DNA of 64,000 bases from Polyangiaceae bacterium (lineage in GTDB: Bacteria; Myxococcota_A; Polyangia; Polyangiales; Polyangiaceae). The translations under genes and the position numbers were made by a program. The notes under the pieces were generated by a model. It saw only the letters and a list, made by a program, of their open reading frames with translations, was not told the DNA's origin and made no database searches. The stretch is from NCBI GenBank assembly GCA_044376115.1, contig JBILLK010000022.1, positions 111,026 through 175,025 on the forward strand, read 5' to 3'. Position 1 is the stretch's first letter, and each line of letters opens with the position of its first letter. Positions 18,033 to 27,229 of the stretch are shown here, in pieces.

Positions 18033-18088
18033 CCGGTAGCCGACTCCGGGTTGTGGATCCGCGGCCCGTGTCGAGCGTAACGAAGGGA

Positions 18089-21000
18089 ATGCTTCGACGA
18101 TCTCGCGCCTTGCTCTTTCTCGCGAGCTTCTTGGCTTGCAAAGACCCGACCCAGATCACGGTGACCGTCACCACCGACGCAGCCTGCGCGGCAGATGCCC
18201 CGGGCAAGGCGATCTTCAGCAGCGTCGGCGTCGCTGGAGCGCGCGAATTCCCGAGCAAACAGGCTGTCGCGTTCAACGGCCAACAGGACTACTGCGAGGC
18301 GGCACCGCTGGTCGGTTCGCTGGTGCTGGTCCCCGCCGAGGGGCGCGCCGACAACCTGGTTGAGGTCTTGGTCATTGGCGGCTTTGTGACCGACGACGGC
18401 AAGGCGGCTCAAACCGCCGAGTCGTGCGAGGAGCAGCGAGCTGCGGCTGGCATCGAGGGGCTCAACTGCATCGTGGCGCGCCGGAGGTTGGGCTTCCTTG
18501 ATTCGACGCCGCTGTCGCTGCCCATCGACCTCGATACACGCTGCCTCGGCGTCGAGTGCGGTGAGGATCTGACCTGTTTCCAAGGGGAGTGCGTCTCTCC
18601 GGATGCTCCCTGCGACGCGAACGGCGACTGCACGCTCGAGGGCGGCGGAGGTGGGGCTGGCGGTAACGGCGGCGCTGGCGGTGACGGCGGTATGGGCGGA
18701 GTCGGCGGTGACGGCGGCATGGGCGGTGGCGGCGGACCCACGGTCGAGATCTGCAACAACGGCATGGACGACGACGCCAACACCTTCACCGATTGCGACG
18801 ACGCAGATTGCTCGAGCACCCTCTACTGCAATGACACCAACACCGTCGTGATCAACGAGCTGTCGGTGGTCGCGGATGACCAAGAGTTCATCGAGCTCTA
18901 CAACCGCGGCACCGCCAGCGTGAATCTGCGCGGCGCGGTGATCAGCCTCAATCAAGGCACCGTGGGTGGCGCTTCAACGCCGTACGCCAGCCTCCCGCTC
19001 GACGGTTTTGAGCTGGGCGCCGGGGAGTACCTCGTGCTTCACGACTCGACGCTGACGCCTCCCGCGAGCGTAGCTTCGCTGCCGTTCGCCGGGGACGCCG
19101 CGGACGACCAGATCCGACAAGACGCAGCGACCGGCGCGGTGGTCTTGCACCTCGCGGGCGGAACCACGCTGCTCGATGCCGTGGTGTACGGCGGAGCACC
19201 TTCCTTCCTCGAGATCGAGGGTATGACGTATTCGCCGGAGCTCTACAGGGTCACCGACTCGGAAGATGGATCGCAGGCTGCTGACAGCCTCTCACGCATT
19301 CCCAACGGTGCGTTGGGAATGCCCGAAGCCGTTTGGCAACAAACGACCTCGGTCACCCTCGGTGGCAGCAACATGGTGAGTCCCGGCACCGAGGACTGTA
19401 GCAACGGCGTGGACGACGACGACGACGACACCGCCATCGACTGCGCCGACGTCGACGACTGCGTCGGAAGCGCCTGCGGTGTTGACGGACTGCAGTGCAA
19501 CTCGGGCGGCATGTGCGCCTGCCCCGGCGGAATGATGGAACTCAACTGCGCTGGCGGCGTCGACGACGACTGCGATGGCGACATCGACTGCCAAGACGCC
19601 GACTGCCTCGGGGCGGCGGGCTGCGTCGAGATCTGCGACAACGGCGCGGATGACCCGGACAACGATCAAGACGTCGACTGCGCCGACGCCGATTGCTTGA
19701 ACGATCCCGCGTGCGACGAGATCTGCGACAACGGCGTCGACGATTCGGACACCGACGCCGACGCCGACTGTGCCGACGACGAATGCGCCATGACCGAATA
19801 CTGCAAAGAGATCTGCAGCAACGGCATCGACGACCCCGACACCGACAACCTCTCCGATTGCTTCGATCCCGAGTGCGCGGTCGTCCCTTACTGCGACGAG
19901 ATCTGCAACAACGGTATGGACGATCCCGATACCGACAACCTCTCCGATTGCGCCGACCCCGAGTGCGCTGGGATCCCTTACTGCGACGAGATCTGCGACA
20001 ACGGCATCGACGACCCCGACACCGACAGCGCCATCGACTGCGCCGACTCCGAGTGCAACGGCCAGCCCTGCGGCCCGCTCGGGCTCGTCTGCATCAACAA
20101 CATGTGCGACTGCCCCGGCAACGGCATCGAGTCCTGCAACAACGGCATGGACGACGACTGCGACGGCCTCGAGGACTGCGCCGACCCCAACTGCCAGGCT
20201 GTATGCGGGGAGATCTGCTCCGACGGGGCCGATAACAATGGCAACGTGCTGATCGATTGCGCCGACCCGGCCTGCGCCACGGGCGATTCGTGCGGAATGA
20301 ACGGGCTCGAGTGCATTGGCGGGTCCTGCATCTGCCCCAGCCTGATCGAGAACTGCACCGACAGCGTCGACAACGATTGCGATGGCGACGTGGATTGCGC
20401 CGACGCTAGCTGTGCCGGCAACCCCGCCTGCTTCGAGGACTGCGACAACGGGCTCGACGACAACGGCGACCTCTTGATCGACTGCTCCGACGTGCCGAAC
20501 TGCGAGTCCGAGCTATGTGGTCCCAATAACCTCCGGTGCAACGCGATGGGTATGTGCACCTGCCTCGGGGGGCTCGAGCTCTGCAGCGACACCATCGACA
20601 ACGACTGCGACGGAGCCACCGACTGTGCCGACCTCAACTGCAGCGGCGCTCCCCAGTGCAACGTGCTTGGGATCACCAGCTACGATCCGCCGTTTCCAAC
20701 GCTTACCGGCCGCCTCGACATTTATGGCGGTGGTTTCGACGCCGTCAACGACGTCTGGATCGGCAACATTTCGCACCCATTCACCCACGTCACCGACAGT
20801 CACATTTTCATCCCGACGGTCAATTCGGGCACTCCGCTCGGTGAGAACTTTGTAACGCTCTACGCGGGAGCAGCGAGCCTTAGTGATAGCGGTGTGACCG
20901 TGATCGACCTGATGATCAAACAGCTCGACGCACGCAACGCGAGCCCAGAATTCGACTTCCTCCAGCTGCAAACCCGCGTCTCCCTAAGCCACGGGCTGAA

Positions 21001-21454
21001 CGGCTATGTGATCGCGTTCTTCGATGGGGCGGGACCGGGTGGGATCAATCGCGTGACGACGTCCTTCGACCTCACCGGCTTGACGACCTTCGGCGGCACC
21101 TATCTGATCGCTGGGCCCAATGTTCCCGCGTTGGCCCAACAGACGCTGCCGTTCTCGGACATTCCACCAGGAACCGACGCGGTGGCCATCTACCAAGCGC
21201 CGGTTCCGTTTCCACCAAACACAATTCCGCCCACGACCGGCCTGATCGATGCGCTGGTGTTCAACGGCCCTGACTCGGACCCAGCCCCGAGTTTGAACGG
21301 TCAGTTCATGGTGACACTGACCACGATCTCTGAGGACCCTGCTCCCAACACGCTGTCCATCCAGCGCTGCGAGCTCATGCGGCGTGACGCCAACGCTTAC
21401 CAGGCCCTACCCACCACGCCGAACTATATGGCAGGTAGCCTGTGCGTAAACTGA
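18089..21454 (+). CDS. Large Cys/Asp-rich repeat surface lipoprotein with lamin-tail-like domain(s) and an IPT-like region
   Basis: Lipobox FLAC; more than ten E-x-C-x-[ND]-G-x-D-[DN]...DCAD-x-x-C repeats; VVINE...EFIELYNRG lamin-tail signature. Confidence 0.8.
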   Translation: MLRRSRALLFLASFLACKDPTQITVTVTTDAACAADAPGKAIFSSVGVAGAREFPSKQAVAFNGQQDYCEAAPLVGSLVLVPAEGRADNLVEVLVIGGFVTDDGKAAQTAESCEEQRAAAGIEGLNCIVARRRLGFLDSTPLSLPIDLDTRCLGVECGEDLTCFQGECVSPDAPCDANGDCTLEGGGGGAGGNGGAGGDGGMGGVGGDGGMGGGGGPTVEICNNGMDDDANTFTDCDDADCSSTLYCNDTNTVVINELSVVADDQEFIELYNRGTASVNLRGAVISLNQGTVGGASTPYASLPLDGFELGAGEYLVLHDSTLTPPASVASLPFAGDAADDQIRQDAATGAVVLHLAGGTTLLDAVVYGGAPSFLEIEGMTYSPELYRVTDSEDGSQAADSLSRIPNGALGMPEAVWQQTTSVTLGGSNMVSPGTEDCSNGVDDDDDDTAIDCADVDDCVGSACGVDGLQCNSGGMCACPGGMMELNCAGGVDDDCDGDIDCQDADCLGAAGCVEICDNGADDPDNDQDVDCADADCLNDPACDEICDNGVDDSDTDADADCADDECAMTEYCKEICSNGIDDPDTDNLSDCFDPECAVVPYCDEICNNGMDDPDTDNLSDCADPECAGIPYCDEICDNGIDDPDTDSAIDCADSECNGQPCGPLGLVCINNMCDCPGNGIESCNNGMDDDCDGLEDCADPNCQAVCGEICSDGADNNGNVLIDCADPACATGDSCGMNGLECIGGSCICPSLIENCTDSVDNDCDGDVDCADASCAGNPACFEDCDNGLDDNGDLLIDCSDVPNCESELCGPNNLRCNAMGMCTCLGGLELCSDTIDNDCDGATDCADLNCSGAPQCNVLGITSYDPPFPTLTGRLDIYGGGFDAVNDVWIGNISHPFTHVTDSHIFIPTVNSGTPLGENFVTLYAGAASLSDSGVTVIDLMIKQLDARNASPEFDFLQLQTRVSLSHGLNGYVIAFFDGAGPGGINRVTTSFDLTGLTTFGGTYLIAGPNVPALAQQTLPFSDIPPGTDAVAIYQAPVPFPPNTIPPTTGLIDALVFNGPDSDPAPSLNGQFMVTLTTISEDPAPNTLSIQRCELMRRDANAYQALPTTPNYMAGSLCVN
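19801..20060 (+). repeat. Near-identical 90-bp coding tandem repeat (about 3 copies; CDEICxNGxDDPDTDNLSDCxDPECAxxPY)
   Basis: Units begin at 19801, 19891 and 19981. Confidence 0.8.
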
Positions 21455-21471
21455 ACGCCACGGCCAGTTCA

Positions 21472-22359
21472 TCAGTGGCTAATGAACAACACCTTGCGTG
21501 ATCCGAGCGGTTGCACCGGGCGGTTGGAGCGACCGCCCACTACCTCGCGGAACAAGTCCACCGAGCGCTTCTCGATCTCTTTGGTCTCCTTCATCACGAA
21601 CCAGCGCACGCCCTCGGTGCACGGTGGCGTCGTGAGCGATCCGGCATAGTGGTAGTAGCCCTCGCTGAGCGAAATCACCGAGGAAACATCGACCAACTTC
21701 TTCTCGTTGTTCACGTAGTCCTGGGTCTCCTGCCGCGGCATCTTCTTCCAAATCTCCGACAATCCATCGTTGAGATCCCCGGTCTCGAACAGCACGCTGA
21801 CCACGGCCAGCTCACCGTCGCGGGACTTGTTCACGAACTGCATCTCGAGCGGATAACGCTGCCCGCCGATGGTGTGCTCGCTCGGCGAGTGGAAGTGGAA
21901 CTGCGACAGATCGTAGCGCTTGGTGCCGACCGTTATGAAGCTATCGGTGCGGTTTTGCACCTCGACGGTGTGGCCGTTGTTCTTCACGCGCAGCGGGACC
22001 GTCATGTAGTCGACGCTCAGCTTTTCGCTGTTGCCGCTGGCATCTTCGCCCAAGCTAGGCAGGTCGATCGGAGACTGGTCTTTGCCGATGCCGCAAAGCG
22101 CCCACTTGGGATCGAGCTCGCCCCACTTCGATGGGCCTTTGTCGCCGGTGTACAGCCAAGGATGATCGGTATGGGCAGCCTGCGCGGAGTGGCTAGCCGA
22201 CGCATGTGCTGAAGCATGGCCCGATGCATCGCCGTGGGCTGATCCGGACCCCTCAGTATGCGGCTCGGACTTCATTTCAGCAGCCTCCGAGGTCGCGCAG
22301 TTGGCCTGACCCAGGGAGCATGCCAGCGCGGTGATCAGGGTCAGAGGGTTGGTTCGCAT
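21472..22359 (-). CDS. Exported alpha-class carbonic anhydrase (third Zn ligand His replaced by Gln)
   Basis: QSPIDL, NNGHTV, QFHFHSPSEH, GSLTTPPCTEGV and NRPVQPL motifs; EMQFVN in place of EMHFVH. Confidence 0.92.
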   Translation of the reverse strand: MRTNPLTLITALACSLGQANCATSEAAEMKSEPHTEGSGSAHGDASGHASAHASASHSAQAAHTDHPWLYTGDKGPSKWGELDPKWALCGIGKDQSPIDLPSLGEDASGNSEKLSVDYMTVPLRVKNNGHTVEVQNRTDSFITVGTKRYDLSQFHFHSPSEHTIGGQRYPLEMQFVNKSRDGELAVVSVLFETGDLNDGLSEIWKKMPRQETQDYVNNEKKLVDVSSVISLSEGYYHYAGSLTTPPCTEGVRWFVMKETKEIEKRSVDLFREVVGGRSNRPVQPLGSRKVLFISH

Positions 22360-22508
22360 GCCTCAGCGAACGGATCACTCAGGCGTCAGCTTTATGACAC
22401 CCCGGCCAATCTCGGTCGTTCTTCAGTCGCTTGTCACGATTCACCCGGATGTGGTCACCTGCAGGACAGGAGCGCCGCTTCAGAGGACCTCCCCAGCGGC
22501 GAACGATC

Positions 22509-22907
22509 ATGTCCCTGGTTCCGTGTGCAGCCTGTCGACGTCACGTAAAGGCCGGCGGTTGTCCGTTTTGCGCCCGCAAACAGGCCTCCGCGGCGGCGGT
22601 CTTATTGCTTGGCGCGGCGCTCAGCGGCTGTCAGCCGGAAGCGGTACCGCCCGCCTCGGCCGACTCCACCAAAGCCACCAGCACAGCCTCTGCTGCTCAG
22701 ACCCCCGCGGGCGCGACAGCAACGGCGACAGCCACCGTCGCAGCAACGGCGACAGCCACAGCCACCGTCGCGGCCAGCGCCTCGGCCTCGACGACCAGCG
22801 TCGCGAGCACGCCCGCCCCCACCGCAACGGCGGTCAAGCCTCCGCCTCCGGTCCAGCCCGACCGTCCGGTGATGGCCCGCTACGGCATCGCGCCCTCACG
22901 CAACTAG
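22509..22907 (+). CDS. Putative radical SAM (splicease) substrate: CxxC/CPFC N-terminus, hydrophobic anchor with lipobox, Ala/Thr stalk, C-terminal RYG
   Basis: MSLVPCAACRRHVKAGGCPFC...LLLGAALSGC...PVMARYGIAPSRN; stop lies 3 nt before the rSAM start. Confidence 0.75.
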   Translation: MSLVPCAACRRHVKAGGCPFCARKQASAAAVLLLGAALSGCQPEAVPPASADSTKATSTASAAQTPAGATATATATVAATATATATVAASASASTTSVASTPAPTATAVKPPPPVQPDRPVMARYGIAPSRN

Positions 22908-22910
22908 CCG

Positions 22911-24230
22911 ATGCTCGGTCCGCGGCCTCGCAGCCTGCCCATCGCTCCCAAAGCGCCGCCCGCGCGGCGCAATCTTCCGCTGGCCGCTTCAGCGCGTGAG
23001 ATCGATCGGCAGGCGCGTCCGATCTACACCGTTTGGGAGCTGACGCTGCGCTGTGATCTGGCCTGCAGGCATTGTGGTTCTCGGGCTGGGCGCGCTCGGC
23101 CCGACGAGCTTTCCACCGCAGAAGCGGTTGCGCTGGTCGCGCAGCTCGCGGCGCTGGGAACCAAGGAGGTCACGCTGATCGGCGGTGAGGCCTACTTGCA
23201 CGACGGCTGGCTGGAGGTAGCCAAAGCCATCGCCGATCACGGTCTGCAGATGACGATGGTCACCGGCGGTCGCGGCATGGACGCCGAGAAGGCGCGCAGC
23301 CTCGCCGAGCTCGGCTGCAAAGGCGTGGGCGTCAGCGTCGATGGGCTGCAGCCTCGGCATGACCAACTGCGCGGCGTGGCAGGCGCCTTCGACTCGGCGA
23401 TCAACGCCATTCGCGTGCTCAAAGAAGCCGGCCTGCGCGTGACCAGCAACACCCAGATCGCGAGGCCCGCCCTGCTCGATATCGAGCCGCTGCTCGCGCT
23501 CCTGGCCGATGAAGGCATCACTGCGTGGCAAGTGTCGATGACCGTGCCGATGGGTCGCGCCGCAGACGAGCCGGAGATCTTGTTGCAGCCCTATCAAGTG
23601 CTGGAGGTTTTACCGCTGGTCGCGCGCATCGAGCGGCGCCTGCGCGCCCGCGATATCGACGTCGCGCCGGGCAACGACATTGGTTACTTCGGCCCGTACG
23701 AAGAGCAGCTGCGCGGGCACTTTCCGCAAGGGCATCGGCCAGCCTGTTCCGCCGGCAGTCTCACGCTCGGCATCGAAGCAGACGGCTCGGTCAAGGGCTG
23801 CCCTTCCCTGCCCTCGAAGGACTACGTCGGAGGCAACGTGCGCGACGCTGCCTTGGTGGACATTTGGGAGCGCGCCGAGGCGCTACGCTTCACGCGCGAT
23901 CGCTCCTCACGCGAGCTGTGGGGCTTTTGCGGCAGCTGCTACTACGCCGATTCGTGTCTCGGTGGCTGCTCGTGGACGGCGCATGTGCTGTTCGGCAAAC
24001 GCGGTAACAACCCGTATTGTCATCACCGCGCGCTGGAGCTCTTGGCCGAGGGCAAACGCGAGATCATCCGGCAGGTAGAAAAGCCGGAAGGCCTGCCCTT
24101 CGACTACGGGCGCTTCGAGTGTGTGGTGGAAGATTGGCCGGCGGACGAGCTGGCGGCGGCGCGCGCCTTGGCCGAGAGCGGTGAGGGCTTTCTGCCTTCG
24201 ACCTTGCGCGCGGCGGGCCGCGACAGCTGA
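22911..24230 (+). CDS. Radical SAM/SPASM peptide maturase, PlpX/TIGR03913-like (splicease family)
   Basis: VWELTLRCDLACRHCGSRAG, IGGEAYL, PGNDIGYFGPYE, LGIEADGSVKGCPSL, LWGFCxxCYYAxxCLGGC and GNNPYCHHRAL motifs. Confidence 0.88.
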   Translation: MLGPRPRSLPIAPKAPPARRNLPLAASAREIDRQARPIYTVWELTLRCDLACRHCGSRAGRARPDELSTAEAVALVAQLAALGTKEVTLIGGEAYLHDGWLEVAKAIADHGLQMTMVTGGRGMDAEKARSLAELGCKGVGVSVDGLQPRHDQLRGVAGAFDSAINAIRVLKEAGLRVTSNTQIARPALLDIEPLLALLADEGITAWQVSMTVPMGRAADEPEILLQPYQVLEVLPLVARIERRLRARDIDVAPGNDIGYFGPYEEQLRGHFPQGHRPACSAGSLTLGIEADGSVKGCPSLPSKDYVGGNVRDAALVDIWERAEALRFTRDRSSRELWGFCGSCYYADSCLGGCSWTAHVLFGKRGNNPYCHHRALELLAEGKREIIRQVEKPEGLPFDYGRFECVVEDWPADELAAARALAESGEGFLPSTLRAAGRDS

Positions 24231-24239
24231 TTAGGCTGA

Positions 24240-26690
24240 TTAGGCTTTTATTTTTTTGTTCTCGGGGTCGTAAAGCGGTTTCATCGAGACGGTGGCTGCC
24301 ACGCGCTTCTCAGCGACCTCCGCTTCCCACGTCCCGCCATTCAAATAGGCCGCGTCGATCGGCTCGCCGGCCTCGCACATGAAGAGGCCCACCGCGCCGC
24401 CCACGGTGTGCCCGTAGGAGGCCGCGCGCACATAGCCCACCGGCTTGCCGTTGCGCCGAATCACCTCGCCGTGAAAGAGCATCGGCTCGGGATCGCTCAG
24501 CAGGATCTGCAAGATGCGCCGCTTGAGCGGACCTTCGGCCTTCTTCGCCAGCACGGCCTCTTTGCCGATGAAGCCGCCTTCCTTCTTCAGATCGACGGCG
24601 AAGCCGAGCCCGGCCTCCAGCACCGAGTCGGTGTTGTCGATGTCGTGACCGTAATCGCGGTAGCCCTTCTCCATACGCAGGCTGGCCAGCGCTTTGAGCC
24701 CTGCGTGTTGCAAGCCGAGCGGCGCGCCCGCTGCCACCAAGCGGTCATACACGTGGACCGCTTGTTCGGCCGGGATGTAAAGCTCGTAGCCGAGCTCACC
24801 GAGGTAGGTGATGCGCACGCACAGCACGCGCGCGTAACCGAGATCGATCTCGCGCGCGGTGCGAAAGGGAAAGGCCTCATTGGAGACGTCGGCGCTGGTC
24901 ACGGCCGCGAGCAGTTCGCGCGAGCGCGGGCCTTGCACGTTGATCTGCGCCCAGCCGCTCGTCACGTCCGCGACGAAGGCGTGCGCGTTCTCGAAGACGC
25001 GGCGCATGCGCGTGAGTACATGCCGATGCGCCGTATCCGAGGCGACCACCCAAAAGCGCTCCTCCCCGAGCTTGGTCACCGTGAGATCGGCCTCTAGCGT
25101 GCCGCCCTCGTTCAACCACTGGGTGTAGGTGATCATGCCTTCGGCGCCGTCCACGTTGTTGGCCGAGAGCTGGTTGAGCAACCGACCTGCGTCGCGCCCC
25201 TCGACCGCAAACTTCGCCATGAAGGACATATCCATCAGGATCACGCCCTCGCGTGCGGCCTTGTGTTCGGCCTGCCAATTGGGCCACCAATTTTGCCGGC
25301 CCCACGAGAGCTTCTCCACCGTGGGCGTGGTGCCGGGCCCTGCAAACCAATCGGCGCCTTCCCAGCCGCTGACGTCTTTGAAGTACGCCCCTTGAGCCGC
25401 CAGCCGATCATGAATCGGTGAGCGTTTGGCGCCGCGCGCCGTCATCATCGAGCGGGTCGGGTAGTGGCACTGATAGACCATGCCCAGCGACTCGACGGTG
25501 CGCGTCTTTCGATACTCGGGGTTCATCTGGTAGCTGTGCAGTCGGTCCAGGTTCATCCCGGTCACGTCCACATCGGGCCGGCCATTGACGATCCAGTGCG
25601 CCATCACGCGGCCTAGCCCGCCGCCGGTGAGAATGCCGATCGAGTTGAGCCCGGCCGCGACGAAGTAGTTCTTCAATTCGGGCGCCTCACCGACGCAGGG
25701 CGCGAGATCCGGCGTGAAGCTCTCCGGCCCACAGAAGAACTTCTTCACGCCCACCTCGAGCGAGGCCGGTATGCGGCTCATTGCCTTCTCCACGTAAGGA
25801 CCCATGCGCTCCCAATCGGGCGTGATCTCCCCGAAGGAGAAGTCCTCCGGCACGCCGCCGACCTTCCAAGGCGCGCACACCGGCTCGAACAACCCGACCA
25901 TCAAACCGCCGACCTCTTCACGGAAGTAGCCGTACGAGCCTGGATCCTCGAGCACCGGCCACGAAGCGCTCATGCCCGGGATCTTCTCGGTGATCAGGTA
26001 GTAGTGCTCGGCCGATTGATTGGGGATGGTGAGGCCGGATTTGGCGCCCAGTTGGCGCGCCCACATGCCAGCGCAGTTGACGACCACTTCACAAGCGATG
26101 TCGCCTTGCGCTGTGCGCACGCCGGTAACAGCGCCGCGCTTGTGCAGCACGTCCACCACCGGCGTATTCTCGAAGATGCGCGCACCGGCGTTCTTGGCCC
26201 CTTTGGCCAGCGCCATCGTCACGTCCACCGGGTTGGCTTTGCCGTCTTCCTTCACGTAGAAGCCCGCCAAGATGTCGTCCACGCGGGCCAACGGGAACAG
26301 CTCCTTGACCTCGCGCGGGGAGATCTCCTGCACGTTGACGCCGCAATAACGGTTGAAGGCAGAGACGCGCCGGTACTCCTCGAGACGGTCCGGCTCGCAA
26401 GCGACCTCGATGAAGCCGACCGGATTGAAGCCCGTCGCGAGCCCGGTCTCCGCCTCCAAACGGGCGTAAAGGTCGCGCGTGTATTTGCGCATCTCGGTGG
26501 AGGTCTCGGAGAAGGAGCCGAAGGTCACCATCAGGCCCGCCGCATGCCACGTGGTCCCGGAGGTGATGCGGTCGCGCTCGAGCAGCACGACCTCCACTCC
26601 CATATGGGCCAAGTGATAAGCGACGGAACAACCGATCACACCGCCGCCGATCACGACGACGCGGGCGCTCGAGGGCAAGGCATTCGACAT
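24240..26690 (-). CDS. GcvT-family FAD-dependent oxidoreductase (sarcosine/dimethylglycine dehydrogenase-like)
   Basis: IGGGVIG FAD motif, TSGTTWHAAG, GPESFTPD, RITYLGELGYEL, LRMEKGY. Confidence 0.93.
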   Translation of the reverse strand: MSNALPSSARVVVIGGGVIGCSVAYHLAHMGVEVVLLERDRITSGTTWHAAGLMVTFGSFSETSTEMRKYTRDLYARLEAETGLATGFNPVGFIEVACEPDRLEEYRRVSAFNRYCGVNVQEISPREVKELFPLARVDDILAGFYVKEDGKANPVDVTMALAKGAKNAGARIFENTPVVDVLHKRGAVTGVRTAQGDIACEVVVNCAGMWARQLGAKSGLTIPNQSAEHYYLITEKIPGMSASWPVLEDPGSYGYFREEVGGLMVGLFEPVCAPWKVGGVPEDFSFGEITPDWERMGPYVEKAMSRIPASLEVGVKKFFCGPESFTPDLAPCVGEAPELKNYFVAAGLNSIGILTGGGLGRVMAHWIVNGRPDVDVTGMNLDRLHSYQMNPEYRKTRTVESLGMVYQCHYPTRSMMTARGAKRSPIHDRLAAQGAYFKDVSGWEGADWFAGPGTTPTVEKLSWGRQNWWPNWQAEHKAAREGVILMDMSFMAKFAVEGRDAGRLLNQLSANNVDGAEGMITYTQWLNEGGTLEADLTVTKLGEERFWVVASDTAHRHVLTRMRRVFENAHAFVADVTSGWAQINVQGPRSRELLAAVTSADVSNEAFPFRTAREIDLGYARVLCVRITYLGELGYELYIPAEQAVHVYDRLVAAGAPLGLQHAGLKALASLRMEKGYRDYGHDIDNTDSVLEAGLGFAVDLKKEGGFIGKEAVLAKKAEGPLKRRILQILLSDPEPMLFHGEVIRRNGKPVGYVRAASYGHTVGGAVGLFMCEAGEPIDAAYLNGGTWEAEVAEKRVAATVSMKPLYDPENKKIKA

Positions 26691-26794
26691 AGGCCGCGCA
26701 GGATAGCCGCGACGCTCGGCTACGGAAGGGGGAGAGTGAGCGCGAGCGCTTGGGGAGCGCGAGCGCGCGTCAAACGGTCAACGGAGCATGCTGG

Positions 26795-27205
26795 TCAACA
26801 GGGCGTGCAGGCCGAAACAGGTAGGCACTTGGACTCGCCGTCCTCGAAGCAACAACTGAGGCTGCCGCAATCCAAGCTGCAGTCGGAGCAATTGTTGAGC
26901 TTGCAGACGGAGCTCGCGGTGCAGCTCATCTCACAGCCGCCGCCGGGACAGCTGAGCTCGCAGGTCGCCGTCGTGCCGCAATCCAGCGAACAGTTGCCGC
27001 TCGCACAGACGCAGCTGATGACGAATCCAAGCGTGGATTCACACACGCAAGAGCCCGCCGGTTCACAGCCCACCACGCTCCCGCCGGCACCGGCCTCACC
27101 TCCGCTGCCCGCGCTGCCGCTACCTCCAACCGACGAATCGCGCTCCCAATCCAGGATGCAACCACCTGCAGAGAGCGGGATCGAGAGGAGCACAAGCCAA
27201 CGCAT
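26795..27205 (-). CDS. Small Cys-rich lipoprotein
   Basis: Lipobox AGGC, Gly linker, dense CxxxC repeats. Confidence 0.75.
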   Translation of the reverse strand: MRWLVLLSIPLSAGGCILDWERDSSVGGSGSAGSGGEAGAGGSVVGCEPAGSCVCESTLGFVISCVCASGNCSLDCGTTATCELSCPGGGCEMSCTASSVCKLNNCSDCSLDCGSLSCCFEDGESKCLPVSACTPC

Positions 27206-27229
27206 CGCGCGCCGACTGTAACAAGCTTC

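Noticed and set aside
26780..26800. Selenocysteine read-through (TPC-TGA-PAC) in the Cys-rich lipoprotein, prompted by nearby selB
   Set aside because: No convincing SECIS hairpin after the TGA, and the extension would run out of frame into the GcvT-family gene. I found no other selenoprotein candidate; BCP and the thioredoxin-like protein use Cys.
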